Shown here piece after piece: positions 21,901-27,912 of a DNA stretch of 38,126 bases (position 1 is the stretch's first letter; each line of letters opens with the position of its first letter). The notes below the pieces were generated by a model. It had not been told where the DNA came from. It saw only the letters and a program-made list of their open reading frames with translations, and did no database searches. Source of the DNA: Chthoniobacterales bacterium (GTDB taxonomy: Bacteria > Verrucomicrobiota > Verrucomicrobiia > Chthoniobacterales > Chthoniobacteraceae). The translations under genes were made by a program, and so were the position numbers. Where the stretch lies: assembly GCA_038207335.1 (NCBI GenBank), contig JBBQZX010000037.1, positions 1-38,126 of the forward strand, read 5' to 3'.

Positions 21901-23278
21901 CCGTCGCGATGATCCCGCCGGCAAACGTATTCGTGCCGCGCAGATTCAAAGTCCGCGACCCCGCTTTAATGATCCCGCCATTCTGAATCACCGTCTCGAT
22001 CGTCGCGTCCGAGTTGAGCTGCGTGTTGTTCGACTGCACCGTGATCGTCCTCACGGCGCCGCCGAGATCGAGCGTCCCGCTCGGCGCCGCCGTCCCGTAA
22101 GTGCCTGTCCCAGTGATCAGCGTCTCGCGTCCGTTGTTGCCCGTCGCGCCGCGGTTGTTGTTGAAAACGATGTCCCCATTCAGCACGAGCACGCCGTTCG
22201 CGCCCGTCCGGATCGTCGCCGAGCCGACCGTCGTGCTGCTCAGATTCAAGGCGCCCACCGTCTCGGTAAAATCATTCAAATCAAACGACGACAGCGCGCC
22301 TCCATTCGCGTTCAGCGTCACGATCGCCGAGTCGCTGATTTGCTCGTTCGCCAGCAGCCGCACCGTCGCCGGCGAGGCGGTGTTGCTGGTGATCGTCACC
22401 CCGCCGGAGCCAATCGCATCGACACCCGTGGTCTTGTTCAGCTCCAGCACGCCATTGACCACATTGATCGCTCCCGCAGTCGTATTCGCCGTCGTACCGC
22501 TGAGTGTCAGCGTCCCCGCGCCGATTTTATTCAAAGCCGCGCCCGCGCTGCTGCTGAGTACTCCGGAGATCGCGAGCGCCGTGCCCGTCGTCGTGTCGAT
22601 CGTGCTCGTCGCGGAAACATTCACCGTGCGAGTCAGCCCGAGACCGACCAGCGTCCCCGTGTTTCGCAGCGTGCCCCCGCCGAGTGTGATCCCATTCGTA
22701 GCGGAGCTGTCACCGAGATTCGCCGCATCGCTAAAGCTGAGCACCCCCGCATTGATCGTCGTCGCCCCGCTGTAAGTGTTCACCCCCCCGAGCACGAGCG
22801 TGCCGCCGCCGACCTGGTCGTCCGGCGTCGTCAACCCGTTGCTGCCCGCCAGCGTCAGCCCATTCGTCCCGATCAGCGCCGAATTGATCGTCACCGAAAT
22901 CGCCGGCGCCACCGTCACATTTCCCCCCGCTCCGAGCGCGAGGTCCCCGCCCGTAAGCGCGTAAGCGTCGCGGAACGTCAGCGAATGCGCCAACTCCCCG
23001 ACCCCCAGCGTGATCGTCCCGGGCGTCGCGAGGCTGCCCGGATTCGGGATCGGCGTACCAAAGAGCACGTCATCCACCGCGGTCGGCGCCGCGCCGAGGC
23101 TCCAGTTACCCGGCGTGTCCCACAGCAGATCGGTCGTGCTGCCCGCAGTCCAAAGATCGGTAGTGGCGAGCGCCCACGCGCCGACCCCGGAGAGCGCCGC
23201 GCACACTGCCGTGGCGGATTTGAGACGCGAGAGGGAATACCCGAGTGCACGTGTGGATTTGGAAGTGATGAGGTTCAT
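9917..23278 (-). CDS. Giant PEP-CTERM surface protein with autotransporter-associated beta-strand repeats and two PA14-like domains (4453 aa)
   Basis: Signal-like N-terminus then WxxxxNW; dozens of (L)xKxGxGTLxL...NxYxGxTxxxxGxL repeats; PA14-like segments at about 20675-21124 and 10925-11512; C-terminus VPEPGSAVTLLTGLASLLGLRRFRRRA (PEP motif, TM helix, basic tail). Confidence 0.93.
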   Translation of the reverse strand: MNLITSKSTRALGYSLSRLKSATAVCAALSGVGAWALATTDLWTAGSTTDLLWDTPGNWSLGAAPTAVDDVLFGTPIPNPGSLATPGTITLGVGELAHSLTFRDAYALTGGDLALGAGGNVTVAPAISVTINSALIGTNGLTLAGSNGLTTPDDQVGGGTLVLGGVNTYSGATTINAGVLSFSDAANLGDSSATNGITLGGGTLRNTGTLVGLGLTRTVNVSATSTIDTTTGTALAISGVLSSSAGAALNKIGAGTLTLSGTTANTTAGAINVVNGVLELNKTTGVDAIGSGGVTITSNTASPATVRLLANEQISDSAIVTLNANGGALSSFDLNDFTETVGALNLSSTTVGSATIRTGANGVLVLNGDIVFNNNRGATGNNGRETLITGTGTYGTAAPSGTLDLGGAVRTITVQSNNTQLNSDATIETVIQNGGIIKAGSRTLNLRGTNTFAGGIIATGGLVSFTADANLGDVANPLIADGGGFSWAGTGAFDPTSSRVFTITASGGFLNTVNAGTSGKILLNDAGQITGSGALTTTGAGVVQLAAANTGFNGAVTVAGGFLELQNDQALGTVKPAITLAGGEFVITNRTWDANITGNSGALSGDGGNSTFSGVIDVAGNITANTRDFNTTGNGRTLTLSGALTNSGILNVGGPTAGTGTLVLSGNNSSFSGRINVNANAVLSITNPTARGTGVVNLSGGTLRTAYLAASAPTVGVAGLNATYFNFGSNPGINSSLFATDRIDLAPRAFTRIDADINVPNSGQGTLPTVPVPGFALGAGPGGVQDGIMWKGLLNITSADSYQFSGINDDNLVLIIDGQQIGLLGVTGNTNTNIGGAVTLSAGYHSIVVKQTQGTGGGYAVVRYSGADTANNTVVLGAVPNSVFTGSLAAIDLGAIGFTANGTIDLLTPATAPSLDLGNGILTITSPTIDDLTVASGTISSATATLAPTSGGLIFTGAIGDGGSGFGVKVAGPYFTEFQAANTFTGLTNVTGGQLRLNAAGGNSIAGDLTVNAATTGPDVANVRLLLSNQIADTAAVSVLGGILDLGSQSDTVNALTLSGGQIIGSGTLTVSNGATLSGGSLIAHLAGAGGVTVNAGTNTAVLANSNSYTGMTNVNSGTLRLVNGTLGAGGAGNGTTVAGGAQLLASGALDLGNEDITLNDANGLRVLAGKVSTTGAVAFGAGVTGATLRVDAGGEFVVSGPIGLGGSATINKTGDGALIFSNNNATLPNVTLLGGALGFSGPQSFGAATVPAGLAFQFDSDPGAGVNITAPTGTRVIAGYAPTSSLLSRIGAASVGSLVLTQDTANALDFTANPSLSLGANGLVTSTGALTAGASGFHFGGGTGRLTIGSSLAGGGGVTIGAGTTRFLLANTFTGDVTLDPGSVLVLTNDDQLGAAANAIVLNGGTLQTVNAAPTTFGSSHLRVSRNVQVGAAGGTIDVINGTIAAFNLQNYLGGSGTLTKTGFGEFQNVNTNDFAGNVVIATNGGSFQIRAGGQFTNLAGITINPGATLTVDDNNGVGIFASLRIADRLADTTPIVLAGGTLFYNAKNSAGNTSETFGTVTLQSGQSSINTNINGQGSDVTISNLVHTLGSTVRFAGTVGTLGSTGNNARVLLTQVNGAAPNAALIGGWATINSIDFARYTATGIQIATYTNQGATNFTPTAAQLINLNAAGTAMFDDSGSNALEMLSLRFGNGAAQTLAFTDTNDVLYIGSGGVLTDGTNFANTLGATAGQGSLTAGVINATAPQELFLHNNSNTLTINSAIIDNPSNAGATVGLVKDLDGQVTLAVANGYTGGTFVNRGTLQANVAGALGSGSVAVKNSRLTLNNPGSVNSTTSIITAADNAEIFLQNTGALFTMPGDRFSITAGSSLFGQTNGTGGGMASLTRVAGAPVTGGDVHLDPGAIVGHNTTLNGDVGSGLRTIQNLGTEADLFFGLSNTFNGGAQQFITVGNGTPWMGLSTDRSSRQWSQGTIFANSDFTLQGLARDGGFAALTLGQDGSIGSYSIVNRAGVPINAFVTGTVTLNEDTPVSLPSDLTFLVAAGAIFQPNRTSSLGSDLNPANNAKIRVQAGGTLDPGNFVLVGAAANQPFGHAYPVPGPLNGYVTIESGGRFLVNDASGIGTSQTGTLRVQSGGILELGNVAAFLGSNAGLIADDQFVFEPGAIVRPTTDNIFNFGRFASGPVILQAYAGNRTFTNQNDLFTPTGAGIVVFGGQDVTLTTGGGLINDSNSRTINEGRGRILVDGAITIAATTGTDLNINEGLDFQPGASATIGSTGIDGNPKIGRVRLTANNTNTGDQTNVVSVSGNGSILSFANLNVFPDAAALNLADPVTSFTGSLNDDGSALRLEQANNAEFIGALTGNGAVFAQNNGTGNPAANFTLLTGYGTTTNYTFGGVIKSTNNQNPILIKVGPSQMTLANTSDSTGFLAVYQGELVLGGANGRWTGGELRLGKSGTLTFDNSVVAVADRQAAGSGNRWLTTAGGGEFKLLGNATQVADVQLFGLAASAGSGYSGISTGNTGGFGKVTVVPAMGTTSLTTSLTFGLMENFQNTGDRNAAWLLRGPGLAGLPGSYDTLGNYTPNPANPVDGLVFITTPNLLAAGAYGQSGTANGFIAGAAGTSVVPVRGDLLAATSLTATTGDFATIDIVNAVNRTGIRVLQASEYAPYLRQNQNTNLNVRATGALTTTGDTRFQVLKLEDGASLAINGTLPNLTQPSQVILNAGGLLIPAGASATINASGDSLLRSNGGVSLYVHAFGDVNINGSVFSDQGFVKTGSGTATFGPGSLTALRGRYAIHEGTVVVNDSFGNVRNTGVNTSGWNGPQLELTGGTLNINGHDQFFDRFESGTLLADAGSEGGTLTSFAPATVSMQGSGTFSGHVTGAISLQKFGNNTLVLTNTNPTTGALQVRQGTVLLRDSGTLSNVSSIALNYGRIDADSSYLENVNNRINPSATVNFRGGDFVLRGHASAVTTQTLATVNLLQGQNLFQTLSGGNGSAITTIGNLVRSPGATTSFQQNYGTVGAAGDTSTAIRYLIEQLNNAVVSLTNNIIGGWAVVNNDSFATYDPVRGVGALGNTTDGFATYDSTDLSSANTTTGTLNYNDGTSRTIAVDSVVNSIRNGPGAAQTLTLSGGLTINSGGLLTNANQAITYTGGSGSITSASGELNLYIQQNTTSINVPITGAIALTKAGSGTLSLGAANNYTGATYFNAGSSGASTVNGNVSLNLSGANGTTIVSVPSMQVNIHNSTVTELQPSQINQAATVNLFGGAILFLRDAAVTETLAAITFNENGGDNASRTIVSRPNAQVSAALNLTAATPIIATNSNPTSTPTVRANIGTINFTGNAGSPQTLLIDSPIGSTGLAAVGMTWETNIGVVPTGVAEGGLVKAGTGLLVLAATGTGQFGNPSTPTEVLNIQSGAVRADNANALGSESAITTVQSGAGLFFNNNGGLFTGSIRLKNGSRLGATINSANLGVVGSTGFLDVPAGASVQIDAFDSFIPFSNNGNITVNHLLTGAGTINLVGPQLATGYGGGGVFSLRNIANNFSGTIRVGTNSVLESLSTTNATGSTIGTATISLDGGDFRVRDTNGGVYGNNITLTADSILDVDRQGTTTINQTITFGTLNVAAGTHVLNTIYSQGNPIAGNGFRTAFTQVDGSGTLVKGGTRFVDLNAYAPTFSGNIEIAGPQGISLSTSGNLTLNAATNSLQNLSVKGFHTITGNAVDVAGVLDVSANAGAVTNGTNGVVNGAITGALIIDPSASLTIGTLRNNGVIGANGGAVTIFSNTIQGSGRFQTVGQPITLVGSLANQGATPTKLVVSGDSFVTLTNPVATSTGGAEVQSGTLRIAPTGASMAPVGSGPITVVGIAATTAGTNSQPVAGQQAVLQFDGGGSAITRTGNITNSGRVQIVSGSTTILGTIAGTTTSYLPGLLEGRIAGGNFSDFSVSRQANPGQFGIVLEPRLGQTNVVTQNPLTGWSDNETWVYTGQFNDADGAFTFAENIDDNTFVSIDGVTRLLNNSGTNAYQTVTSTALAIGQRGTTLDTASVNTGTPTLAFGMGPDGDGWHTIEVRFRNGTGGAGPAVGNGWANNFGFGLNTDGTTALDGSQFSRPIDPGDGSLFRTSVGGKGSIDIAAGAALSAGAIDMTATTTINGSSSSVGTLTLTNTSGVSNTDVLAIAGFAPLAIINVAGGQIFNAAAATFADSANVLINDAETGTVTIGDSIIGNATMIGVEGGVVNFTGVGTGFGGSLTVGGGAAANILAGGSISGSLVVSNGVAAVNGTLFGSANVASGTLKGSGVITGAVTLTGGSLAPGNGPGALSTGTLDLQAPANLTIEIGGNTAGTQYDQLLVTGGVNLAGSLQGSLINGFAPQLNDVFYLILNDGTDAVGGTFAGLAEGSTVNFSGYGWTVTYTANGDLGTFGNDVALIAQVPEPGSAVTLLTGLASLLGLRRFRRRA

Positions 23279-23744
23279 GGATTGCAGGGAGAGATGGTTG
23301 GTGGGAGACCGAGTGGAGATTGGGAAAGAGAAGTGCGCATCATGCTCCCCGATGCCGCTGCGCCGACCGGCGAACCATCCATACAGAGCAGTGCCCGGCG
23401 GATGCTCTGCGAGCGTGTGACATGGTCATGCGTCTGGGGGACGGGAGAGGATTTCGCGCCCCCAATAGATGGAAGCTGCTACGGCGGGGAATATCCGACG
23501 GCACGATTACCGTGCAGTTGCCGCGGCATTACCTGTTTGAAATTTCCCAACTTCCCCCGCCATGTGGGTAATCAGGTGTCAATGATCTCCCTCACCAATC
23601 GGGTGCGAGGAGGAGGCGGCGCTGGTGTAGCTGGGATCGCCGATCCCGTCTGGTGGCCCCTCTCTGGAGTCTCTCCCAACAGACTCAATGTCCCTGCTAC
23701 AGCCCGGGCGTTGTCGCCGTGCCGCCGGAATTTTCTCGCGAAAC

Positions 23745-25661
23745 CTATCGGCTCAGCGCCGCCCGAGCCTCCGTCGAAAGCGCGGTAGTCGTTCGCAGCC
23801 ACGCCTCCGCGGCCTTCGGTTCACTCCGCTGCCATTGGCGATAGACGTTGCCGAGCGAATTATTGCGCTGCTGCGGCTCCGAGATCGTCGCCGCCCACGC
23901 TGCGGCGCCCTCCGGGTCAGCGCCGACCACCGTTTGCGAAAAGGTCGAAATGGCCGCATCGCGCGAGTTTCCTGCAGGCAACTTTCCGAGCCAATTCGCG
24001 GCGGCGACGGGATCTTGCGCCGCCCATTCTCGCGTGATCGAATACATTGCGTTGGTCGCATTCGGCAGACGCGATGCCCAAGTTGCGGCGGCCGCCGGGT
24101 CCTGCTGAGCCCACGAACTTGCAATGCTGCTCTCCGCATTCCCACGCGCCGCCGGATCGCTCAACCGAGCCGCCCACGCTGCCGCTGCCGCCGGATCGCT
24201 GGCTGCCCATGACCCCGCGATATTCCCCATCTCCTGCGCCTGCTTTGCCCCGCTGAGCATCCGGCCCGCGGTCGCCGCCGCCTCGGCCGGATTACTCGCA
24301 GCGAGTCCGCTGATGGCGCTCGCCACCGCGGCCTCGCGCTGTGAAGCGTCGCTCAACGCGCCCGCCCACGCGAGCGCCTCGCGTGCATCCGTTTGCGCCC
24401 AGTTCGTTACCGCGTTACCCAAGTCGTCGATTTTCGCCCCAGAATTGCTCACGCAAAATTGCGCCGCGCCTCTCGGATCCTCGGATGCCCAGTCCCGCAC
24501 GATTGTCTGCATCGCCGCAGTGCGGGCTTCAGCACTGCCGAGTTTTGCCACCCATTCGAGCGCTGCCGGTCGATCGGTCCGCGCAAACGAACCCGCCACT
24601 TGGTACATCGAGTTCCGCTGCTGGCTCAATGGCATCGCGAGGATGAATTCTGCCGCGACTTTCGGATCGTTGTAGCTGGTTTCATTCACCACTTGCCGGA
24701 GGGCACGCGTGCGCGCATCGCCGATCGGCATCTGCTCGACGAGCCGCATCGCGGCGGCGCTGTCAGTGCGTGCCGTGCCGGCAATCACCGCCGACAGCGC
24801 ATCGTTTCGCTCCCGCCCCGCCGGCAGGCTCGAAGCCTGAGCCGCAGCCGCGGCGGGATCATTCGCCGCCCACTCTCCGAGCACCGACTGGAGCTGCCGC
24901 CTGCGCATCTCGGCATCCGGAATTTGCGTCGCTCGCGCGAGCGCCGCCTGGGGATCGGCCGTCGCAAGCCGCTTTAGCGCGATGCCGATCGCCGATTCTC
25001 GGCCGGCTTTTCCCGAAAGCTGGAGCGCCGCATCGACCGCTCCGGCCGGGTCGCGCGACGACCACGCCTCAATCACGCTGTAGGAAAGATCCTTCCCGCG
25101 ATGTGCCCCAGTTTCGTGTTGCGCTAAATACCGCATAGCCGCCGCCGGCTCTTTCAACGCGAGGGAGTGGAAAAACTCACGCGTGAGCTCCGCGCGACGC
25201 TTCTCGTTTGGCAGCGCGTTCACCCACTCGTATGCCGCTCCCGTGTCGAGTTCCAGCCAACGCGCCAGCAGCGGAAATTGCGCGAGGTCGCGATCCGAAT
25301 CCTTCAGTCCCATCACCGCATCCATCGACGCGCGGATCGTGTCGCGGTCGAGCCGCTGCCCGACTTCGTAAATGTCGTGACGACGCCGGAAATAATCCGG
25401 CACGCGCGTCGCCGAGAGGATCTGCGTGACGAACTCCGCATCGGAACCCACCGGAGCCGCGCCCGGCTCAATGGCAATGAATTGCAGCGCGGGCTGATTT
25501 TCGGCACGAGACTGTCCCCGCGCTGATAAAACGCCGGGAGCGGACGTTCCCGCAACACGGACCGCGGGCGGTGCGCTTCCCCCAGCGAAATATCCGATGG
25601 CGCCCCCCACGAGCATCCCCAAGGACGCAAATCCGATAAGTTTCGGGAAGCTAGAATCCAC
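23745..25661 (-). CDS. Membrane-anchored alpha-helical repeat protein with WAxxDPxAAxxW repeats (638 aa)
   Basis: N-terminal TM (IGFASLGMLVGGAIGYFAG) and more than 10 repeats of about 30 aa such as WAANDPAAAAAQA, WASEDPRGAAQF, WAASDPAAAAAWA and WAQQDPAAAATWA. Confidence 0.88.
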   Translation of the reverse strand: MDSSFPKLIGFASLGMLVGGAIGYFAGGSAPPAVRVAGTSAPGVLSARGQSRAENQPALQFIAIEPGAAPVGSDAEFVTQILSATRVPDYFRRRHDIYEVGQRLDRDTIRASMDAVMGLKDSDRDLAQFPLLARWLELDTGAAYEWVNALPNEKRRAELTREFFHSLALKEPAAAMRYLAQHETGAHRGKDLSYSVIEAWSSRDPAGAVDAALQLSGKAGRESAIGIALKRLATADPQAALARATQIPDAEMRRRQLQSVLGEWAANDPAAAAAQASSLPAGRERNDALSAVIAGTARTDSAAAMRLVEQMPIGDARTRALRQVVNETSYNDPKVAAEFILAMPLSQQRNSMYQVAGSFARTDRPAALEWVAKLGSAEARTAAMQTIVRDWASEDPRGAAQFCVSNSGAKIDDLGNAVTNWAQTDAREALAWAGALSDASQREAAVASAISGLAASNPAEAAATAGRMLSGAKQAQEMGNIAGSWAASDPAAAAAWAARLSDPAARGNAESSIASSWAQQDPAAAATWASRLPNATNAMYSITREWAAQDPVAAANWLGKLPAGNSRDAAISTFSQTVVGADPEGAAAWAATISEPQQRNNSLGNVYRQWQRSEPKAAEAWLRTTTALSTEARAALSR

Positions 25662-25879
25662 AAGGGCGAATCAGCCGCGACTGCGATGGAAAGTCAACCC
25701 GCCGGCGCCACGGCTCTCAAATCAGAGCCTTTTCAACCGCAAAACCGACGACTGTCTCGCAATCGCAAAACTGCCGAAAATCCATCCTCACCTGATCGGC
25801 TCCCTTTGGCTCCGGCGCTGCCGTGTTCGGATCATTCCACGGCTCGCCAGAGGCTTACATTTGCGCTCCACTCCACTCC

Positions 25880-26083
25880 ATGGTTCAAGCGCTCGCACTC
25901 ATCCTCATGGGCCTCACATGGATCGGCGCTGTCGTTGGCGGCTGGAAAATCGCGTCCCGCTGCGCAACTCATCCGCTCGCGCGTGTGTGCCTTTGCGCGC
26001 TTTTCGCCTTAGTCATCGGCATCGTCGGGAGCATCGCGATCATGGCCGGTTGCTCCACCATCGAGCCGATGAATATGAAGTAA
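25880..26083 (+). CDS. Small two-TM membrane protein ending in a lipobox-like MAGC plus short polar tail (67 aa)
   Basis: MVQALALILMGLTWIGAVVGGWKIASR...LFALVIGIVGSIAIMAGCSTIEPMNMK. ATG 25880 is preferred over the upstream alternative start. Stop TAA directly abuts the next ATG (26084). Confidence 0.72.
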   Translation: MVQALALILMGLTWIGAVVGGWKIASRCATHPLARVCLCALFALVIGIVGSIAIMAGCSTIEPMNMK

Positions 26084-26506
26084 ATGAAACTTCAATGCCC
26101 GAACTGCGCGCGGTTTTTGAGCGACTTCGATATTTCTGGCGCAGGTGCCTGCCCGAGCTGCGGAGTGCGCTTTTCCGAGGAGATCGCGCCGGTACCGCCG
26201 CTGCCGGGAGCCGATCGCGCGCCGACGAAACCCGCGGGCGTGCGCCTCACACAGGGCTTTTGGCTGATGGGCAGCATTGGAAGCGTGGTGCTCGTTCCTG
26301 CCTGCTTCATGAGCGCGGGATCAACGGCGATCCAAGGCATTTGGCTCAGTTTGATCGTCGCGCTCGGCATTGCTATGGCGGGCAGTTTCACGAACTGGAT
26401 GCCGGGCCGCTTTTTCCTCGGTTTGGCGCTGGCGATTGGGATGTTCGTGGTCACCGGGGCCGTTTTTTTTGCAGGGTGCGCTCTGTTGCTCCTCAGCGCC
26501 AAATGA
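26084..26506 (+). CDS. Zinc-ribbon plus three-TM membrane protein ending in FAGC (140 aa)
   Basis: CPNC...CPSC ribbon, Pro-rich linker, three hydrophobic helices, C-terminal GAVFFAGCALLLLSAK. ATGA overlap with the radical SAM start. Confidence 0.8.
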   Translation: MKLQCPNCARFLSDFDISGAGACPSCGVRFSEEIAPVPPLPGADRAPTKPAGVRLTQGFWLMGSIGSVVLVPACFMSAGSTAIQGIWLSLIVALGIAMAGSFTNWMPGRFFLGLALAIGMFVVTGAVFFAGCALLLLSAK

Positions 26507-27912
26507 ACATCCCCCTCATCACCGAGACTCTCCTCAAACGCACGACTTCGCGCTGCCCCGTGTGTCACGCCGCTTGCCCGGCAGAGGTTTGGAAGATCGG
26601 CGGCGCGGTGCAGAAAGTGTGGCTGCGGCGGACTTGCGCGGTACATGGTGAGGCGCAGGTCTGCATTTCATCCGACGCGCGCTTCTACTGGCTCGCCCAG
26701 GGCGACCCGCAAAATGCCTGCTGCGGCGGCAACGCGTGCAGCGCCAGCGACGGCGCAATCCGCGGCACACTCGGGCGCAACGCAGGGCCGGATTTTAGTA
26801 GCCGCGTCGAAGGCTCGAGAGATGCGATTTTCCCTCCCACCTCCCCGCCCGAATCCGACGCCGAGCGGTGCGAAAAATTGAGCACCTGCCTCGCACTGAT
26901 CGAGGTCGTCAATTCATGCAATCTCGCCTGCCCGACCTGTTACGCTGACAGCCCGCAGGGACGCGCAGTCGATGCCGTGCCGATCGCCGACCTCCAACGC
27001 CGCATCCAGGGAGTCATCGATCGCAAAGGCGGCATCGAAATCCTCCAGCTCTCCGGCGGCGAGCCAACGCTCCACCCGGACTTCTGCGAGCTGCTCGCGT
27101 GGTGCCATGCGCACCCGGGGATCGACTACGTGTTGCTGAATACGAACGGCATCCGCATCGCAACCGACGAAGCATTTGCCGCGCAGCTCGGGCGGACTTT
27201 TCGCTATGGAAAATTTCAGCTCTACCTGCAATTCGACGGCCCGCAGGAGGCCGGTCAGCGGGAGCTGAGAGGCGCTGACCTGCGCGAGATGCGGCAGCGG
27301 GCCATCGCGCGCTGCGAGATGCTCGGCATCCCGATCACCCTGGCGATGACCGTGACGCCCGATAATCTCGGCCACCTGTGGGAGGCGATCGAGGCGGGGC
27401 TCGCGTGGCCGCACATCCGGGGCGTCGCATTCCAGCCGGTCTTCGGCAGTGGCCGCGGCGCGAGCACCGCCACTCCGCTGAACACCGCCGACATCATCCT
27501 CGCATCCGTCGAACAGTCCGGCGGGCGGCTGCGGTTCGAGGATTTCACGCCGCTGCCGTGCGGCGACCCGAATTGCGCGACGATCGGCTACCTCCTGAAA
27601 CTCGGCGGCGAAGTGCGCTCCGTGAGCGACTTCATCGACTTTGCGAAAGTGCAGGATTTTCTCCGCGATAAAGTCCGATACCGACTCGAAGACCTGCTCC
27701 AGTGCGGTTGCGAAAGCGAACCGCTGGGGGCACTGCTAAAGGAATTCGAAATGAACGAAACAAACACCTTCCGGCTCTTCATTAAGCCGTTCATGGACTC
27801 GTGGACATGGGACCAGGACCGCATCGACCGCTGCTGCACGCATGTGATCCGGCCGGACGGGCAGCTCGATAGCTTTTGCAGGTATTACGGGAGCGTGGAG
27901 GCGGCAAAGTGA
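26503..27912 (+). CDS. Radical SAM enzyme, MJ0619/Tes (GDGT-MAS, COG1964)-like (469 aa)
   Basis: Probable start ATG 26503 (ATGA overlap), not 25597. N-terminal T-S-R-CPVC...TCAVHG metal site, CNLACPTC (26917-26940), LSGGEPTLHP, LNTNG, YLQFDG, FQP, PLPCGDPNC and C-terminal RCCTHVIRPDG..SFCRY. Confidence 0.88.
   Translation: MNIPLITETLLKRTTSRCPVCHAACPAEVWKIGGAVQKVWLRRTCAVHGEAQVCISSDARFYWLAQGDPQNACCGGNACSASDGAIRGTLGRNAGPDFSSRVEGSRDAIFPPTSPPESDAERCEKLSTCLALIEVVNSCNLACPTCYADSPQGRAVDAVPIADLQRRIQGVIDRKGGIEILQLSGGEPTLHPDFCELLAWCHAHPGIDYVLLNTNGIRIATDEAFAAQLGRTFRYGKFQLYLQFDGPQEAGQRELRGADLREMRQRAIARCEMLGIPITLAMTVTPDNLGHLWEAIEAGLAWPHIRGVAFQPVFGSGRGASTATPLNTADIILASVEQSGGRLRFEDFTPLPCGDPNCATIGYLLKLGGEVRSVSDFIDFAKVQDFLRDKVRYRLEDLLQCGCESEPLGALLKEFEMNETNTFRLFIKPFMDSWTWDQDRIDRCCTHVIRPDGQLDSFCRYYGSVEAAK

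Noticed and set aside
23499..23520. Possible sigma-54 promoter GGCACG...TGC
   Set aside because: GG-to-GC spacing is 12 nt rather than 10, and it faces away from the adjacent gene start.
26463..26470. T8 tract as a phase-variation site
   Set aside because: Short, in frame and explained by Val-Phe-Phe codons.
25597..26502. N-terminal 302 aa of the 771-aa ORF containing the radical SAM domain
   Set aside because: Arg/His-rich non-protein-like sequence overlapping two better membrane ORFs and the divergent gene. Family similarity starts at the ATGA-coupled ATG 26503.
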